DNA of 64,000 nucleotides from an uncultured Pseudomonadales bacterium (GCA_964430265.1 CAYSEI010000001.1:61574-125573), one strand, 5' to 3'. Positions 39,824-49,583 are shown, numbered from the stretch's first letter. Notes: generated by a model from the letters alone, not told the origin. Translations and numbers: made by a program.

Positions 39824-40336
39824 ATGATTAAAGTAGGTGTGGGTTCAAACAATCCGGTTAAAATTAAAGCAACAGAAAATGTTTTTAAATCTTTGCTTGA
39901 TAAAAAAACAATAGTTGAGGGAGTAAAAGTTTTTTCTGGGGTCAGTGATCAGCCCATGAGTATAGAGGTTTGTTACCAAGGAGCTTTGCAAAGGGCAGAA
40001 AATGTGTTAAAAAAAGGCAAATTTGATTATGCAGTTGGACTTGAAGGCGGAGTCAATCAATTTTCATTTGGCTGGGTTACCCAGGGTGTAATTGTGATTT
40101 TAAATAAAGAGGGGAAGCGGGGAGTTGGAATGTCTGCTGCTTTGCCTTTAGATGAAAAAATAATTAAAAAACTTGAAAGTGGCAAAGAGCTGGGAGATTT
40201 AATTGAAGAGAGTAGTGGAATTGAAGATGTTAAGCAGAAGCAAGGTGCGTTTGGGTTATATACCAATGGTTATGTAACCCGTCAGCAGGGTTATGAACAC
40301 GGAGTGGCTTTTGCCTTATCCCGATTTCTGGTATAG
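39824..40336 (+). CDS. yjjX: Inosine/xanthosine triphosphatase
   Basis: GSNNPVKI, SGVSDQP, GA..RA, GLEGG, ELG. Confidence 0.88.
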   Translation: MIKVGVGSNNPVKIKATENVFKSLLDKKTIVEGVKVFSGVSDQPMSIEVCYQGALQRAENVLKKGKFDYAVGLEGGVNQFSFGWVTQGVIVILNKEGKRGVGMSAALPLDEKIIKKLESGKELGDLIEESSGIEDVKQKQGAFGLYTNGYVTRQQGYEHGVAFALSRFLV

Positions 40337-40348
40337 TTATTAATAACA

Positions 40349-40684
40349 ATGACAGAAGAAAACAAAAGACTTGTTAAGGAAATTGAAGAATTAAACAACA
40401 AGCTGGATAAAATCTCCAATAAAAGCAAGTTTATGATTTATTCAGCCAATCCTTTTAAGTTTGCCTTTTTTAATTTTATTTCCGGAATGTTTCATTTTAT
40501 GGGTGTTTTTTTTGGTATGTTTTTGATTACCGGAGTAGCAGCTTACCTTTTGTCGCAGTTCCAGGTAGGCAGATTAATTGATGATTGGATGGTTGAGAGA
40601 ATGACGCGTTGGCAAACGGAAATTAATAGAAGCTTAAAAATTCCTTCAGGCTATGTGCCGGATTTAAGAAATAATGGAAACTAA
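40349..40684 (+). CDS. DUF5665-like small membrane protein
   Basis: NFISGMFHFMGVFFG resembles the NF..G..RG.G...G pattern. Confidence 0.55.
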   Translation: MTEENKRLVKEIEELNNKLDKISNKSKFMIYSANPFKFAFFNFISGMFHFMGVFFGMFLITGVAAYLLSQFQVGRLIDDWMVERMTRWQTEINRSLKIPSGYVPDLRNNGN

Positions 40685-41566
40685 GGTATCACGCAGTTTG
40701 TCCGCCAGCTCGCTTGCATTGTAAAACCACTTTTTATCTTTCCAAAGCAGATCACCGGTTTTTTTATTAATAAAGCTTGCGGCAGCGGCAATATTTAATG
40801 CATCATCTGATTGTGAGTAAAGCGCGGCTGTTAAGCCGGCTAAAACATCACCAGTTCCACCCTTTGTCATGCCCACGTTACCGCCGGTGGAATAAAGCCA
40901 GTTGTTTTTATTAGCAATAATATCAATCGGTCCTTTTAAAAGAATTGTTATCTCATATTTTCTAGCAAATTTCTGAACTAGTTCAGCGACTTTTTCAATC
41001 TCTTTTTTTTCAGCGGAGTGAGTAAGTAAAAGCTCTTCTGTTTTAACATTAAAAAGCTTGGACATTTCTTTTCTGTGAGGTGTAATTATTATTCTCTTAT
41101 TTTCCTTTAAAATTTCTGGTTCAATGACTTGCAGGCTTCCGGCATCCAAAACCACTTTTTTGTTGCTTTTAATTACTTTAAGAGTTACGTCTTTTGTAAA
41201 TTCCGCTTCTTTTTCTGATTCTTTTAATCCCGGGTCCGGCTCACGCATTAAACCGGTTCCGGATAAAATTGTTTCCGAATTTTTTAGATAAGAATCGATC
41301 TGTTCTCTTTTAATACCAATAAATGAATCATACTTTATCTTAAGGTAGTCAAGGTTTTCTGGAGTGGAAGCAAAATATACCATGTCATTGGTTTTAGTTG
41401 CCAAGGACAGGGAAACTTCCAATGCAGCTTTAGCAGCCAAGCGGCCGGCACCGTGAAAAAGCGGGGAGCCGCCAATAATTAAAATATTGCCGTTTTCTCC
41501 TTTATGTGAATTAGGATCCGGCTCTTTAATGGTGCTTTTAACTAACTTTTTAGTTACCTTCTGCAT
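40664..41566 (-). CDS. nnrD: ADP-dependent NAD(P)H-hydrate dehydratase
   Basis: HKGENG.ILIIGGS, DA, TPH..E, LKG, GGTGDVLAG. Confidence 0.9.
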   Translation of the reverse strand: MQKVTKKLVKSTIKEPDPNSHKGENGNILIIGGSPLFHGAGRLAAKAALEVSLSLATKTNDMVYFASTPENLDYLKIKYDSFIGIKREQIDSYLKNSETILSGTGLMREPDPGLKESEKEAEFTKDVTLKVIKSNKKVVLDAGSLQVIEPEILKENKRIIITPHRKEMSKLFNVKTEELLLTHSAEKKEIEKVAELVQKFARKYEITILLKGPIDIIANKNNWLYSTGGNVGMTKGGTGDVLAGLTAALYSQSDDALNIAAAASFINKKTGDLLWKDKKWFYNASELADKLRDTLVSIIS

Positions 41567-41586
41567 TTTCCATTCTTAATTCTTAA

Positions 41587-42249
41587 TTATTTATTGTCCA
41601 TATATTCGGGAGCGGTTTTTTTAACATAATCTTTTCTGTCTTTTCCCTTGAGATGCGGAATAAATGGACGGAATTTATCCAGTTTTTCTTTTTCCTTGTT
41701 AAAAGTAAAAAGAAGCTTGTTTACGTAATTGTGCAGGTCTTCATAAAACGAGATATTAATAATTTTAAAGTTTTTAATGTTGCCGGCTGCTGAACGGGCA
41801 ACAAAATAGCCCAGATTTGTAAACGCCTGCAAATAGTTTTTCTGGTAAGCGCCGGTGTCAACAATCCGGTCAAGACCCAAAGAAAGCTGATATCTAGTAA
41901 ATGGGGTAGTGTAGATAAACTTTGTCAGGCGGCGAGTGGTGATTATAAAAAGGCTTTTTTTCCAGAGTATCCAATACCACCAAAATGCAAAAACTATTCC
42001 GGTTATAATAAGTGCAGTAACTGAAAACGAAAGGGAAGAAGGAATATTTAAAAACTGATTAGCAAACCTGATAAGTAAAAATTGTAAAAGAAAAAGCATA
42101 AAACCTACAAAAGCAACTGAAAACCAGCGGAGCCAAAGCATAATTCTACCTTCCCTGGTAACAAAAAGTATTTTTTCATCACTATGCTGGCCTGGGAAGG
42201 TAATGTTTTTATATGGGAATTCAAAATCATTACATTTAAAAACTCTCAT
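41587..42249 (-). CDS. Two-TM membrane protein with bacterial PH-like domain
   Basis: F.GQ..DEKI, two TM helices, FIITTRRL...I.D...LG. Confidence 0.6.
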   Translation of the reverse strand: MRVFKCNDFEFPYKNITFPGQHSDEKILFVTREGRIMLWLRWFSVAFVGFMLFLLQFLLIRFANQFLNIPSSLSFSVTALIITGIVFAFWWYWILWKKSLFIITTRRLTKFIYTTPFTRYQLSLGLDRIVDTGAYQKNYLQAFTNLGYFVARSAAGNIKNFKIINISFYEDLHNYVNKLLFTFNKEKEKLDKFRPFIPHLKGKDRKDYVKKTAPEYMDNK

Positions 42250-42274
42250 ATGGGTATTATATCATGTAAAAATG

Positions 42275-42346
42275 AGCCTGGGATGGGAGTTGAACCCATG
42301 GCCTCTTTCTTACCAAGAAAGTGCTCTGCCCCTGAGCTACCCAGGC
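42275..42346 (-). tRNA. tRNA-Thr(GGT)
   Basis: GCCTGGG...CCCAGGCT, anticodon arm CTTTC-TTGGTAA-GAAAG. Confidence 0.95.
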
Positions 42347-42362
42347 AAAAACAATTAAGAAA

Positions 42363-42528
42363 ACTGCCCCACTCTAAAAAGCATTGCTTGAGGCGTTTCC
42401 CCTGATATTCCAGGTGGGGTGACTGTCCTTCAGCACATTGTAAGTCCTTAAGGAACTCCGTCGCCCCGTAAAACTTTGTTGTGGAGGAAAAAATCCTCGC
42501 GCATTTTACTGCTTATTTGTAGGGCAGC
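42363..42528 (-). ncRNA. Candidate 6S-like structured RNA (about 166 nt rod with central bubble)
   Basis: Nested helices GCUGCCCUAC/GUGGGGCAGU, AAGCA/UGCUU, GAGG/CCUC, UUUCC/GGAAA, bubble, GGGGCGAC/GUCACCCC, UCCUU/AAGGA; promoter immediately upstream. Confidence 0.6.
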
Positions 42529-42534
42529 AAATAA

Positions 42535-42562
42535 ATTATATCAATGTGGATGAAAATTACAA
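42535..42562 (-). promoter_or_regulatory. Sigma70 promoter for the ncRNA/tRNA-Thr
   Basis: TTGTAA-16 nt-TATAAT, with extended TGn. Confidence 0.65.
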
Positions 42563-42570
42563 CTCCTAGA

Positions 42571-43221
42571 TTAAATTAAAAGCTGCATTAAAAAATTAAT
42601 TAATGGAGATAAAAAGGCACTAACTAAAGGTCCTTGATTTCCTAGGGGTAAAATTATCAAAATTAAAAGAATCATTCCGTATTGATCCAAAACATCTTCA
42701 ATTTTTAAAGCCAAATCTCTTGGGACAATACCCAAAAGTATTTTTTCTCCGTCCAAAGGAGGCAGGGGGATAAGGTTAAAAAAACCTAAAGCAAGGTTTA
42801 ACAATACAAAGGTTTGAATAAAAGTATAGAGAACAGGAAAAATTTGGGCTATAATTCCAATTGAATTAAGATTAAACAAAAATATCGCTTTTAAAAAAAG
42901 GCTTGCAATTATTGCGGTAATAAAATTGGAAAGCGGACCGGACAGAGAGACTAGAGCTTCATCCCTGCGCGGGTTGCGGAAATTAAAAGAATCAACCGGA
43001 ACAGGTTTTCCCCAGCCAAAGTTAACTAAAAATAAAGCCAAAGTTCCCAGAGGATCAAGATGCGCAAAGGGATTAAGTGTCAGTCTTCCGGCTAGACGTG
43101 GCGTTGGATCGCCTAAATAGTCTGCTGACCAGGCATGTGCATATTCATGGATCGTAATTGCTACAAGCAGGGCAATTATTGAAAACAAAAAAGATAAGGG
43201 AGAACCAATAAAATTTAACAT
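42571..43221 (-). CDS. Site-2 protease (M50)
   Basis: HEYAH, GDPT, FGWGKPVP, NLIPLPPLDG. Confidence 0.93.
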   Translation of the reverse strand: MLNFIGSPLSFLFSIIALLVAITIHEYAHAWSADYLGDPTPRLAGRLTLNPFAHLDPLGTLALFLVNFGWGKPVPVDSFNFRNPRRDEALVSLSGPLSNFITAIIASLFLKAIFLFNLNSIGIIAQIFPVLYTFIQTFVLLNLALGFFNLIPLPPLDGEKILLGIVPRDLALKIEDVLDQYGMILLILIILPLGNQGPLVSAFLSPLINFLMQLLI

Positions 43222-43239
43222 GGGTATATGATATCAAAT

Positions 43240-44517
43240 TTAATATAAGTTTTCTAATTCACGAATAAGTTCTTCATCAGAGTAGTAATGTCTGAACTGC
43301 TTTTGCCAGTCGTCATTATTTATATTTATGTGTGGTTCGACGCCTTTTTCCTGGATTGGCTGTCCGTCCTCTCTTAGTGTCAGGCTATGGACTAAAAACA
43401 TAGAATATGTTTCTGTGTTATTAATCTGGTTTTCTAAAGGAAAGACCTTTTCAACGCTGCCCCAGCCTTTGCTTGTTTCACCCAAAACAACGCCGACATT
43501 ATATTTTTTAAGTACCGCAGTCATAACTTCTGCAGAAGATTGGGTGTTCTCATTAATCAGAACTATAACTTTTTTGTAGCGCACTAAGCTTGGCATCCAG
43601 CCCAGCTTGGTTTTAAAATCAATTTTTTCACCTTGGTGATAAAATTGGTGTGCATATTGGTCTTTGCCAATAAACGGTCCAAGAAGGTAGGGGAGAAGAT
43701 CAATTGAGCCGCCAATATTGTTACGCAGATCAAGGATTAAGGTATCCAACTGCTCACCTTGGTCAACTTCCTTGGTTATTTCTTCCAATTCTTGTAATGT
43801 GGTTGGAGAAAATTTAGAGAGGTGAATATAAAAGATACGCGGGGTTAATAGTCGATGGCCAAAAGTTGGTTCAATTCCTTTTTGGTCATATCTTTTTTTG
43901 TTTTCTTTATCTGCAAGCACTTCTTGAGCTTTTTTAACTTCTTGGTATTTTTTTTCAGCAGCTGGTGATGATTCTTTAATAGGTTCCAGCTCTTGGATTT
44001 TTTCCTGGGCTTTTTTTTCAATTTCATCAATGGAAGCGTTTCTATCTACTTCCAAGCTTTTATAATGATCTTTTTCTGTCTGGTTATTTACCCTTTTTGC
44101 AAGTGCTTGCTGGTCTTTTTTTGCATAAAGTCGGGAAACCCCTTGGGGTTGTAGGTTTGTAAGGACAATATCGGCAAGTTGAGTAGTAAACTTATTTTTT
44201 TCTTCATCATTTTCCAATTGATTTATTTCTTTTTCCAAGCTATTAAAAAGCTCTTTTTTTGTTTGTACTTTGAATTCTTTTTGGGGGTTGATTTTATTTG
44301 CAGCAGCAGAAAAAAGGTTGTTTAAATCTTTATCTTGTAGTTTATTCCAGTAGTTTGATTGAATTTTTGTGTAAACTTCCTCAAGAAAAGCAATATGTTT
44401 ATTAGAAGAGTATTGATTATGATTTTTTTTAATAATTTTTTTTGTTAAAAATAATCCGATAACAGAGGAGAGTAAAAGTGCTGTAAAAATAATTAGGCAA
44501 AGTCTTATTTTTTTCAT
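43240..44517 (-). CDS. S41 peptidase with inserted J-domain-like module
   Basis: DLRNNIGG, LINENTQSSAE, GETSKGWG, GV.P; DHYKSLEVDRNAS..EI...EVL.D...K..YD. Confidence 0.8.
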   Translation of the reverse strand: MKKIRLCLIIFTALLLSSVIGLFLTKKIIKKNHNQYSSNKHIAFLEEVYTKIQSNYWNKLQDKDLNNLFSAAANKINPQKEFKVQTKKELFNSLEKEINQLENDEEKNKFTTQLADIVLTNLQPQGVSRLYAKKDQQALAKRVNNQTEKDHYKSLEVDRNASIDEIEKKAQEKIQELEPIKESSPAAEKKYQEVKKAQEVLADKENKKRYDQKGIEPTFGHRLLTPRIFYIHLSKFSPTTLQELEEITKEVDQGEQLDTLILDLRNNIGGSIDLLPYLLGPFIGKDQYAHQFYHQGEKIDFKTKLGWMPSLVRYKKVIVLINENTQSSAEVMTAVLKKYNVGVVLGETSKGWGSVEKVFPLENQINNTETYSMFLVHSLTLREDGQPIQEKGVEPHININNDDWQKQFRHYYSDEELIRELENLY

Positions 44518-44623
44518 GCAAAAGCTATCTTAACAATTAAATTTATAAAGCACAATGGTTGTCAAAACCTCTTATATTTGATATGATACTAAACGTTGTA
44601 AAATATTATTGACTAGGAGAAAA

Positions 44624-44863
44624 ATGACAAATATTTGTGAAAACTGCGGAAAAGGCGCAATTACCGGCAGACAGCATAAACACCGTAAAGGTGTGGCAGC
44701 AAAACGCTGGAGAAACAGGGTTGCTCATACTCAAAAAGTTTTTAGGCCTAATTTGCAGTCTGCTACAATCCAAGGTAAAAAAATGACGCTTTGTGCTAAG
44801 TGTTTAAGGACTTTAAAGAAAAAAGCTTTGAAAGTAAAACAAAACAAAAAAGCTTCAAAATAA
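44624..44863 (+). CDS. rpmB: 50S ribosomal protein L28
   Basis: CENCGK...F.PNLQ...CAKCLR; AGGAG RBS. Confidence 0.9.
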   Translation: MTNICENCGKGAITGRQHKHRKGVAAKRWRNRVAHTQKVFRPNLQSATIQGKKMTLCAKCLRTLKKKALKVKQNKKASK

Positions 44864-45622
44864 ACTGTAAGGAACTTTAGTTTTAAACTTATTTTTTCCC
44901 ACCCACTTAATTATTTTTTCTGTTTTTGGCAGTTCTATTTTTTCTATAGGAATATTTTTGTCAAAATATAGGTGGAGGACTGGGTCAGCTTCTTGATAAG
45001 TAAACTCCAGCTCATCAGAATCGGTCTGACCCGGCCATAAACCCGCGGAAGGTTCTTTATCAATAATTGGTTGGGGAATGTCTAAATATTCTGCCAGTTT
45101 ATAGATTTGGGTTTTGTATAAATGTTTAATTGGTTCTAAATCCGAAGCTTCATCACCAAAACGGGTGTAATAACCCAATAAATGCTCTGAGCGGTTTTCC
45201 GTTCCGCAGACCAAAAGATTTTTCTTTTTAGCAGTATCATATAAAAGCATCATTCTTATTCTTGCAGCTAAGTTACCTTTACGTATATTAAAATACTTTC
45301 TTTCCTTTTTTATGTCTAAAGTTTGCAAAGCTTTTTTCAAAACAGGTGAAATAGAGATTTGTATTTTGTTTTTTGAATGTATTCCAAGTTTATCTATTAT
45401 CAAATCTGCATCAAGCATTTTTTGTTTTTCTGCCGGCATTTTTAAACAAAAGACATTTTCTTTTCCCAGAGCTTTTACTGCCAAAAAAACAGTGGTTGCA
45501 GAATCAATACCTCCGGAAACGGCTACAATGGTTTTTTCAAAACCTTGTTTGTTAATAGTATCTTGAATAAACTTGGTTATTTTTTTGATCTGCTCTTGCG
45601 GATCAATCTGCAGTGTTTTCAT
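44855..45622 (-). CDS. nadE: NH3-dependent NAD+ synthetase
   Basis: SGGIDS, N..AR.RM, GT.NRSE...GY.T..GD, PSA.LW.GQTD. Confidence 0.95.
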   Translation of the reverse strand: MKTLQIDPQEQIKKITKFIQDTINKQGFEKTIVAVSGGIDSATTVFLAVKALGKENVFCLKMPAEKQKMLDADLIIDKLGIHSKNKIQISISPVLKKALQTLDIKKERKYFNIRKGNLAARIRMMLLYDTAKKKNLLVCGTENRSEHLLGYYTRFGDEASDLEPIKHLYKTQIYKLAEYLDIPQPIIDKEPSAGLWPGQTDSDELEFTYQEADPVLHLYFDKNIPIEKIELPKTEKIIKWVGKNKFKTKVPYSLF

Positions 45623-46199
45623 AAAGGTTGTTTTGCTTAATATATTTTCTAACTTTATTGGGTACAAGATTCCTGATTGATAGATTGTTTTTTATTCTTT
45701 GCCGAATAATAGTCGATGAAATATTGCTTTTAACCAACAAACTATTTTTTATTAATTTAAATTTATATTCCGCGTTGTCTAAGTTGTAATTTTTTAGTTG
45801 ATAATCAAATCCCGGTCTGGGAAAGATATAAAAAGTGTGTTGTGAGACTAATTTGTCCCAATCCTGCCATTGTTTAAATTTTTTTAAGTTGTCGGAACCA
45901 AGAACAAAAGAAAAATCATGCTCGGGATATTGGTTTTTTAAAAGGTTCATTAAATCAATGGTTTCACCACTTAATTGATTTTCAATTTCCGCATGGGAAT
46001 ATTTAATATTTTTTTTAGTGATCATTTTTGTCATTTCTGCACGGTGTTGAGAAGAGGCAAGCTGTTTATCAAATGTGTGGGTGTAGCAGGGTGTCAGCCA
46101 GACTTCTTTTACAGGAGTAAACTGAAGAATCTGCTGCGATATTATTTGGTGTCCGAAATGGGGAGGGTTAAAACTGCCTCCGAATATTGCAATTTGCAT
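45603..46199 (-). CDS. nadD: Nicotinate-nucleotide adenylyltransferase
   Basis: FGGSFNPPHFGH, GSDN...W, ISSTIIR. Confidence 0.95.
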   Translation of the reverse strand: MQIAIFGGSFNPPHFGHQIISQQILQFTPVKEVWLTPCYTHTFDKQLASSQHRAEMTKMITKKNIKYSHAEIENQLSGETIDLMNLLKNQYPEHDFSFVLGSDNLKKFKQWQDWDKLVSQHTFYIFPRPGFDYQLKNYNLDNAEYKFKLIKNSLLVKSNISSTIIRQRIKNNLSIRNLVPNKVRKYIKQNNLYENTAD

Positions 46200-48292
46200 T
46201 AAGTGTTTTTTAATTCTTCTAACATTTGCTTTGCTTGTTCATTGTCTGGAAAGATATTTTCCAGTAAAAATTCAAGTTTTTCAATTGCTTTTTCCGGCTC
46301 ATCCTCTTTGTAAAGCTTTGCCAATTTAATGTATACCTTGGCATAATTTGGCTTTAAACTGACAGCTTTTTCCCAGTATTTTACTGCTTGTTCTTTATTT
46401 CCCAGCTGGTTGTGTACCAATCCAAGATTGTAATAAAGTTTTGCATCACTTGGTGCCAGCATGATTGCTTGCTCCAAGATATTAACAGTAGTCTGTAAAT
46501 ATTGGGAATCAATAACTTGCAAGTAAAGTAGGGTTTTGGTTACACTTTTGTATAAGTTAATATGAACGGGATTCAATTCAAGCGCCCTTTGGCTGTGCTG
46601 TAAAGTTGATTGGGTTAGTTGGTCTATTAGTTCTGCAGACTCTGTTGCTTCTGTACTTTGATAATAGAGAAGTGCTAGTTTGGCATCATTTTCCGCCAAT
46701 TGGGAATGGAAAAGCGCCTTATTGGGCCTGATAATGATTGCTTCTGATAAAAGTTCCCGTGCTTGTACCAGGTAATTGGCTCGGGAATAGTTTTTCCCTT
46801 TGGCAAAAAAGTAATCTGCCCGCCAGATATTTACAATATATATTAATCCGTAAAAAGCTGTTGCTAAGACTACCAATATTTGTATTAATTTAATAGTGGA
46901 AATATTGATTTTATTATTCTTTTTATATTTATTTGTTTTTAATTTTTTTTCGTTTTCATGATTTGTATTTAAACTAAGTGCAAAGCTCGGCAATAAAGAG
47001 AAGAGTAAAGCAACAACAACTACGGAAAACCCAAAAAAATTTGTAATAAGAATGGTTAAATATCCTGACAAAAAGCTAAGAAGCAAAGCTCTGTTTTCTT
47101 TATTTTTCCTAATTTGTTTGTAAAAGATAAACAAAGAAGTAAATATAACAGCAAGATAGGTAATTATTCCCCAGGTGCCGGTGGTGGACATCATGTTTAA
47201 GTATTCATTATGAGCTTTATTGTACAAAAAATCCCATTCCGAAAGCAGGTTGTGTGTCTGCGGACGAAATTGGTAGTAAGAATATGCAAAAGTTTCTACT
47301 CCCGAGCCAAATACTGGGTAATTCTTCCAAATTTCAATTGCTCCCAGCCAAACAATTTTACGTATTTCCGAAGATTCGGAAACTGTAGGAGCATATTGGG
47401 GAACACCTGGTATGGAATTTTTTTGAACCTCAACTATTTCTTCCTGCTGAGGCAAAAATAGTTTTATCCATTGATCGGCTTTTTGCAAGTAAGTGTATGT
47501 TTTCCCGCCGATTAAAAGGTAAAACAGCATGCTGACAGCAAAAATTGCACCTAAAAGCTTCCATTTGTTTTTTATCAATATTGAGTAAGTAATTGTAAAA
47601 AAGAAAAAAATCAGCCAGAATGCCAAGATAGCGGATTTGGAATTGGTAAAAAGCAAGCAGAAAAACATTATAAAATAGACGGCGCTGAAAAGAATTTTTT
47701 TTCCTTTACTTTTGGATTTTAACAATAAGACAAGAGGTATGAAAATTAAGGCATCAATATATGCTCCCAGCCAGTTTGGCTGTCCCAGGGTAGAGAATAC
47801 ACGGTTTTGTACATCCTGAACCCAGTAATGAGCATCTATCCCAAATCTTTCCAAAATTCCGTAAAAACAAACAATAGTTGCGGTTCCCAATAAAAAGAAA
47901 AGTGTTTTTATAACTTTTCTTTGCATGTTTGTAACATATGCCCAGTACAAGACTAAATAGCAGAGAGTTGAAATCAGACTGCCGTGAAAACGGGAGTAAT
48001 AACCCCAGATTGAAGTTTGCCTGTGAATACTGAAGATACTGGAAAGAATTTGTGAAGACAAAAAAAGCAAAAGAGGGAAATCCAAAATGCTTTTTTTAAA
48101 AATCCATTTTTTGTTAATAATCATTTTAATTACCCATGAGGCCAAAATAATTATTGTACTGCTGTAAACAACAAGCATTTTATTGAATTCAAAAAGCTCG
48201 TAGTTCCAAGGTGTCAAGATAAGGGGGACAAGGACAAAAAGTGCATAAAAAGTATATTCAATAACTTGGTCAAGAAACTTATTTAAATTCAT
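46199..48292 (-). CDS. O-antigen ligase (Wzy_C)-family membrane protein with C-terminal TPR repeats
   Basis: STLGQPNWL, R...W, G.G.ETF, AHNEYL; TPR YYNLG...A. Start set at ATG 48292, 6 nt after TATAAT. Confidence 0.85.
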   Translation of the reverse strand: MNLNKFLDQVIEYTFYALFVLVPLILTPWNYELFEFNKMLVVYSSTIIILASWVIKMIINKKWIFKKSILDFPLLLFLSSQILSSIFSIHRQTSIWGYYSRFHGSLISTLCYLVLYWAYVTNMQRKVIKTLFFLLGTATIVCFYGILERFGIDAHYWVQDVQNRVFSTLGQPNWLGAYIDALIFIPLVLLLKSKSKGKKILFSAVYFIMFFCLLFTNSKSAILAFWLIFFFFTITYSILIKNKWKLLGAIFAVSMLFYLLIGGKTYTYLQKADQWIKLFLPQQEEIVEVQKNSIPGVPQYAPTVSESSEIRKIVWLGAIEIWKNYPVFGSGVETFAYSYYQFRPQTHNLLSEWDFLYNKAHNEYLNMMSTTGTWGIITYLAVIFTSLFIFYKQIRKNKENRALLLSFLSGYLTILITNFFGFSVVVVALLFSLLPSFALSLNTNHENEKKLKTNKYKKNNKINISTIKLIQILVVLATAFYGLIYIVNIWRADYFFAKGKNYSRANYLVQARELLSEAIIIRPNKALFHSQLAENDAKLALLYYQSTEATESAELIDQLTQSTLQHSQRALELNPVHINLYKSVTKTLLYLQVIDSQYLQTTVNILEQAIMLAPSDAKLYYNLGLVHNQLGNKEQAVKYWEKAVSLKPNYAKVYIKLAKLYKEDEPEKAIEKLEFLLENIFPDNEQAKQMLEELKNT

Positions 48293-49515
48293 CAGTCTAT
48301 TATATACCAAGATAAAGCTTCCGGGTTAAAAATCTGACTGGAAATTTCATTAATCTCTGTTAAGGTAACTTTATCAATCCTTTCAATTATTTCCTCCGGT
48401 GTTTTTTCATTTAGGTTGAAAAAAGCACTCAAAGAGATTAAAATCCCCAGTTGTTGCGATTCCTGGAGTTTTTCAAGCAATTGGTTTTTATAATATGCTT
48501 TTGCAATATCCAGTTCGTCTTGGGTGATTTGTTTTTCATATAGATTTGTTAGTTCATTTTTAATTCCTTGTTTTACTGCTTCTTTGTGTTGCGGGTTGCA
48601 CTGAGAATGTATGAGAAAAACTCCACAATCAGAATATATTTTAATCCACGGACGTAAGGAGTAGGTAAATTGTTCTTTTTGCAGTTTTTTTAAACGCTGA
48701 TTGTTGCGTCCTTTTATAAGAATATTGATCAGAAGGCTTTGAGCAACCCGCTTATTAGAGCTTCTACCAAAACATAAACTTCCGAATGTCAAATAAGCCA
48801 TTTTAGACATTGAGGAGGTTTCTTTTCTAATAATATCGGTCTGAGAAAAATCAAAAGGCTCAAAATATTGACGTTCACCCTCGGGCAATTTTTTAATTAT
48901 TGGATCAATTGTTTTAAATTCAAAATCGTGTTCAGGACCGATAATGGTTAATAAACAGTTTTGTGATACATAAAACTGATCTCTAAAGTTTTTAATAACT
49001 TGTTTATTAAATCCTTTAATTGATTCTTTAGATCCCAAAGTATTGTAACTTAAAGACGATTGGTTAAAAATTCCATTGGTAAGTTTATCCAGTGAACTTA
49101 TTTGCGGATTTTCAGAATTGTAACTAATTTCTTGTTGGGTTAATTGTTTTTCCTGGTTAATTTTTTCTTTGCTAATATCTGGTTGAAAGTAAATACTTAA
49201 TAACATTTTCAAGCTGGGGATGAGTTTATCAAAATAACAAGAGAATCCGGTAGTTGTATATTCAGGAGAGACCTTGGTTTGAAAAGAGAGTCCGAGTTTG
49301 TCAATTTCCGAAGCCAGATTATTTTTCTCCGGATATTCTTTACTTCCTTGTAAACAGAGATTGGTATAAAAACGGCTTATTCCTTCAGTTTCTTTTTTCT
49401 CAAACCTGCTGCCGGCACCAATTAAAAGTGAGGCAGTGTATGTATTAGTATTAGCACTGGAAATATAGATGGCAGGAAAGCGGTTTGAGAAAATATGTGT
49501 TTGAACATTTTCCAT
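48292..49515 (-). CDS. M16 (insulinase-like) peptidase homolog, probably inactive
   Basis: GAGSRFE...GISRFYTN where GISHFLEH is expected; YSDCG; I..VT. Confidence 0.8.
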   Translation of the reverse strand: MENVQTHIFSNRFPAIYISSANTNTYTASLLIGAGSRFEKKETEGISRFYTNLCLQGSKEYPEKNNLASEIDKLGLSFQTKVSPEYTTTGFSCYFDKLIPSLKMLLSIYFQPDISKEKINQEKQLTQQEISYNSENPQISSLDKLTNGIFNQSSLSYNTLGSKESIKGFNKQVIKNFRDQFYVSQNCLLTIIGPEHDFEFKTIDPIIKKLPEGERQYFEPFDFSQTDIIRKETSSMSKMAYLTFGSLCFGRSSNKRVAQSLLINILIKGRNNQRLKKLQKEQFTYSLRPWIKIYSDCGVFLIHSQCNPQHKEAVKQGIKNELTNLYEKQITQDELDIAKAYYKNQLLEKLQESQQLGILISLSAFFNLNEKTPEEIIERIDKVTLTEINEISSQIFNPEALSWYIID

Positions 49516-49583
49516 ATGCTGTTATTTTATATAAAATAAATATGAAAAGAAAGATTTTTTAAAAGTATGTTAAAATGAAAAAT

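Noticed and set aside
42184-42405. 73-aa ORF on the + strand
   Set aside because: Antisense to tRNA-Thr and to the structured RNA; spurious.
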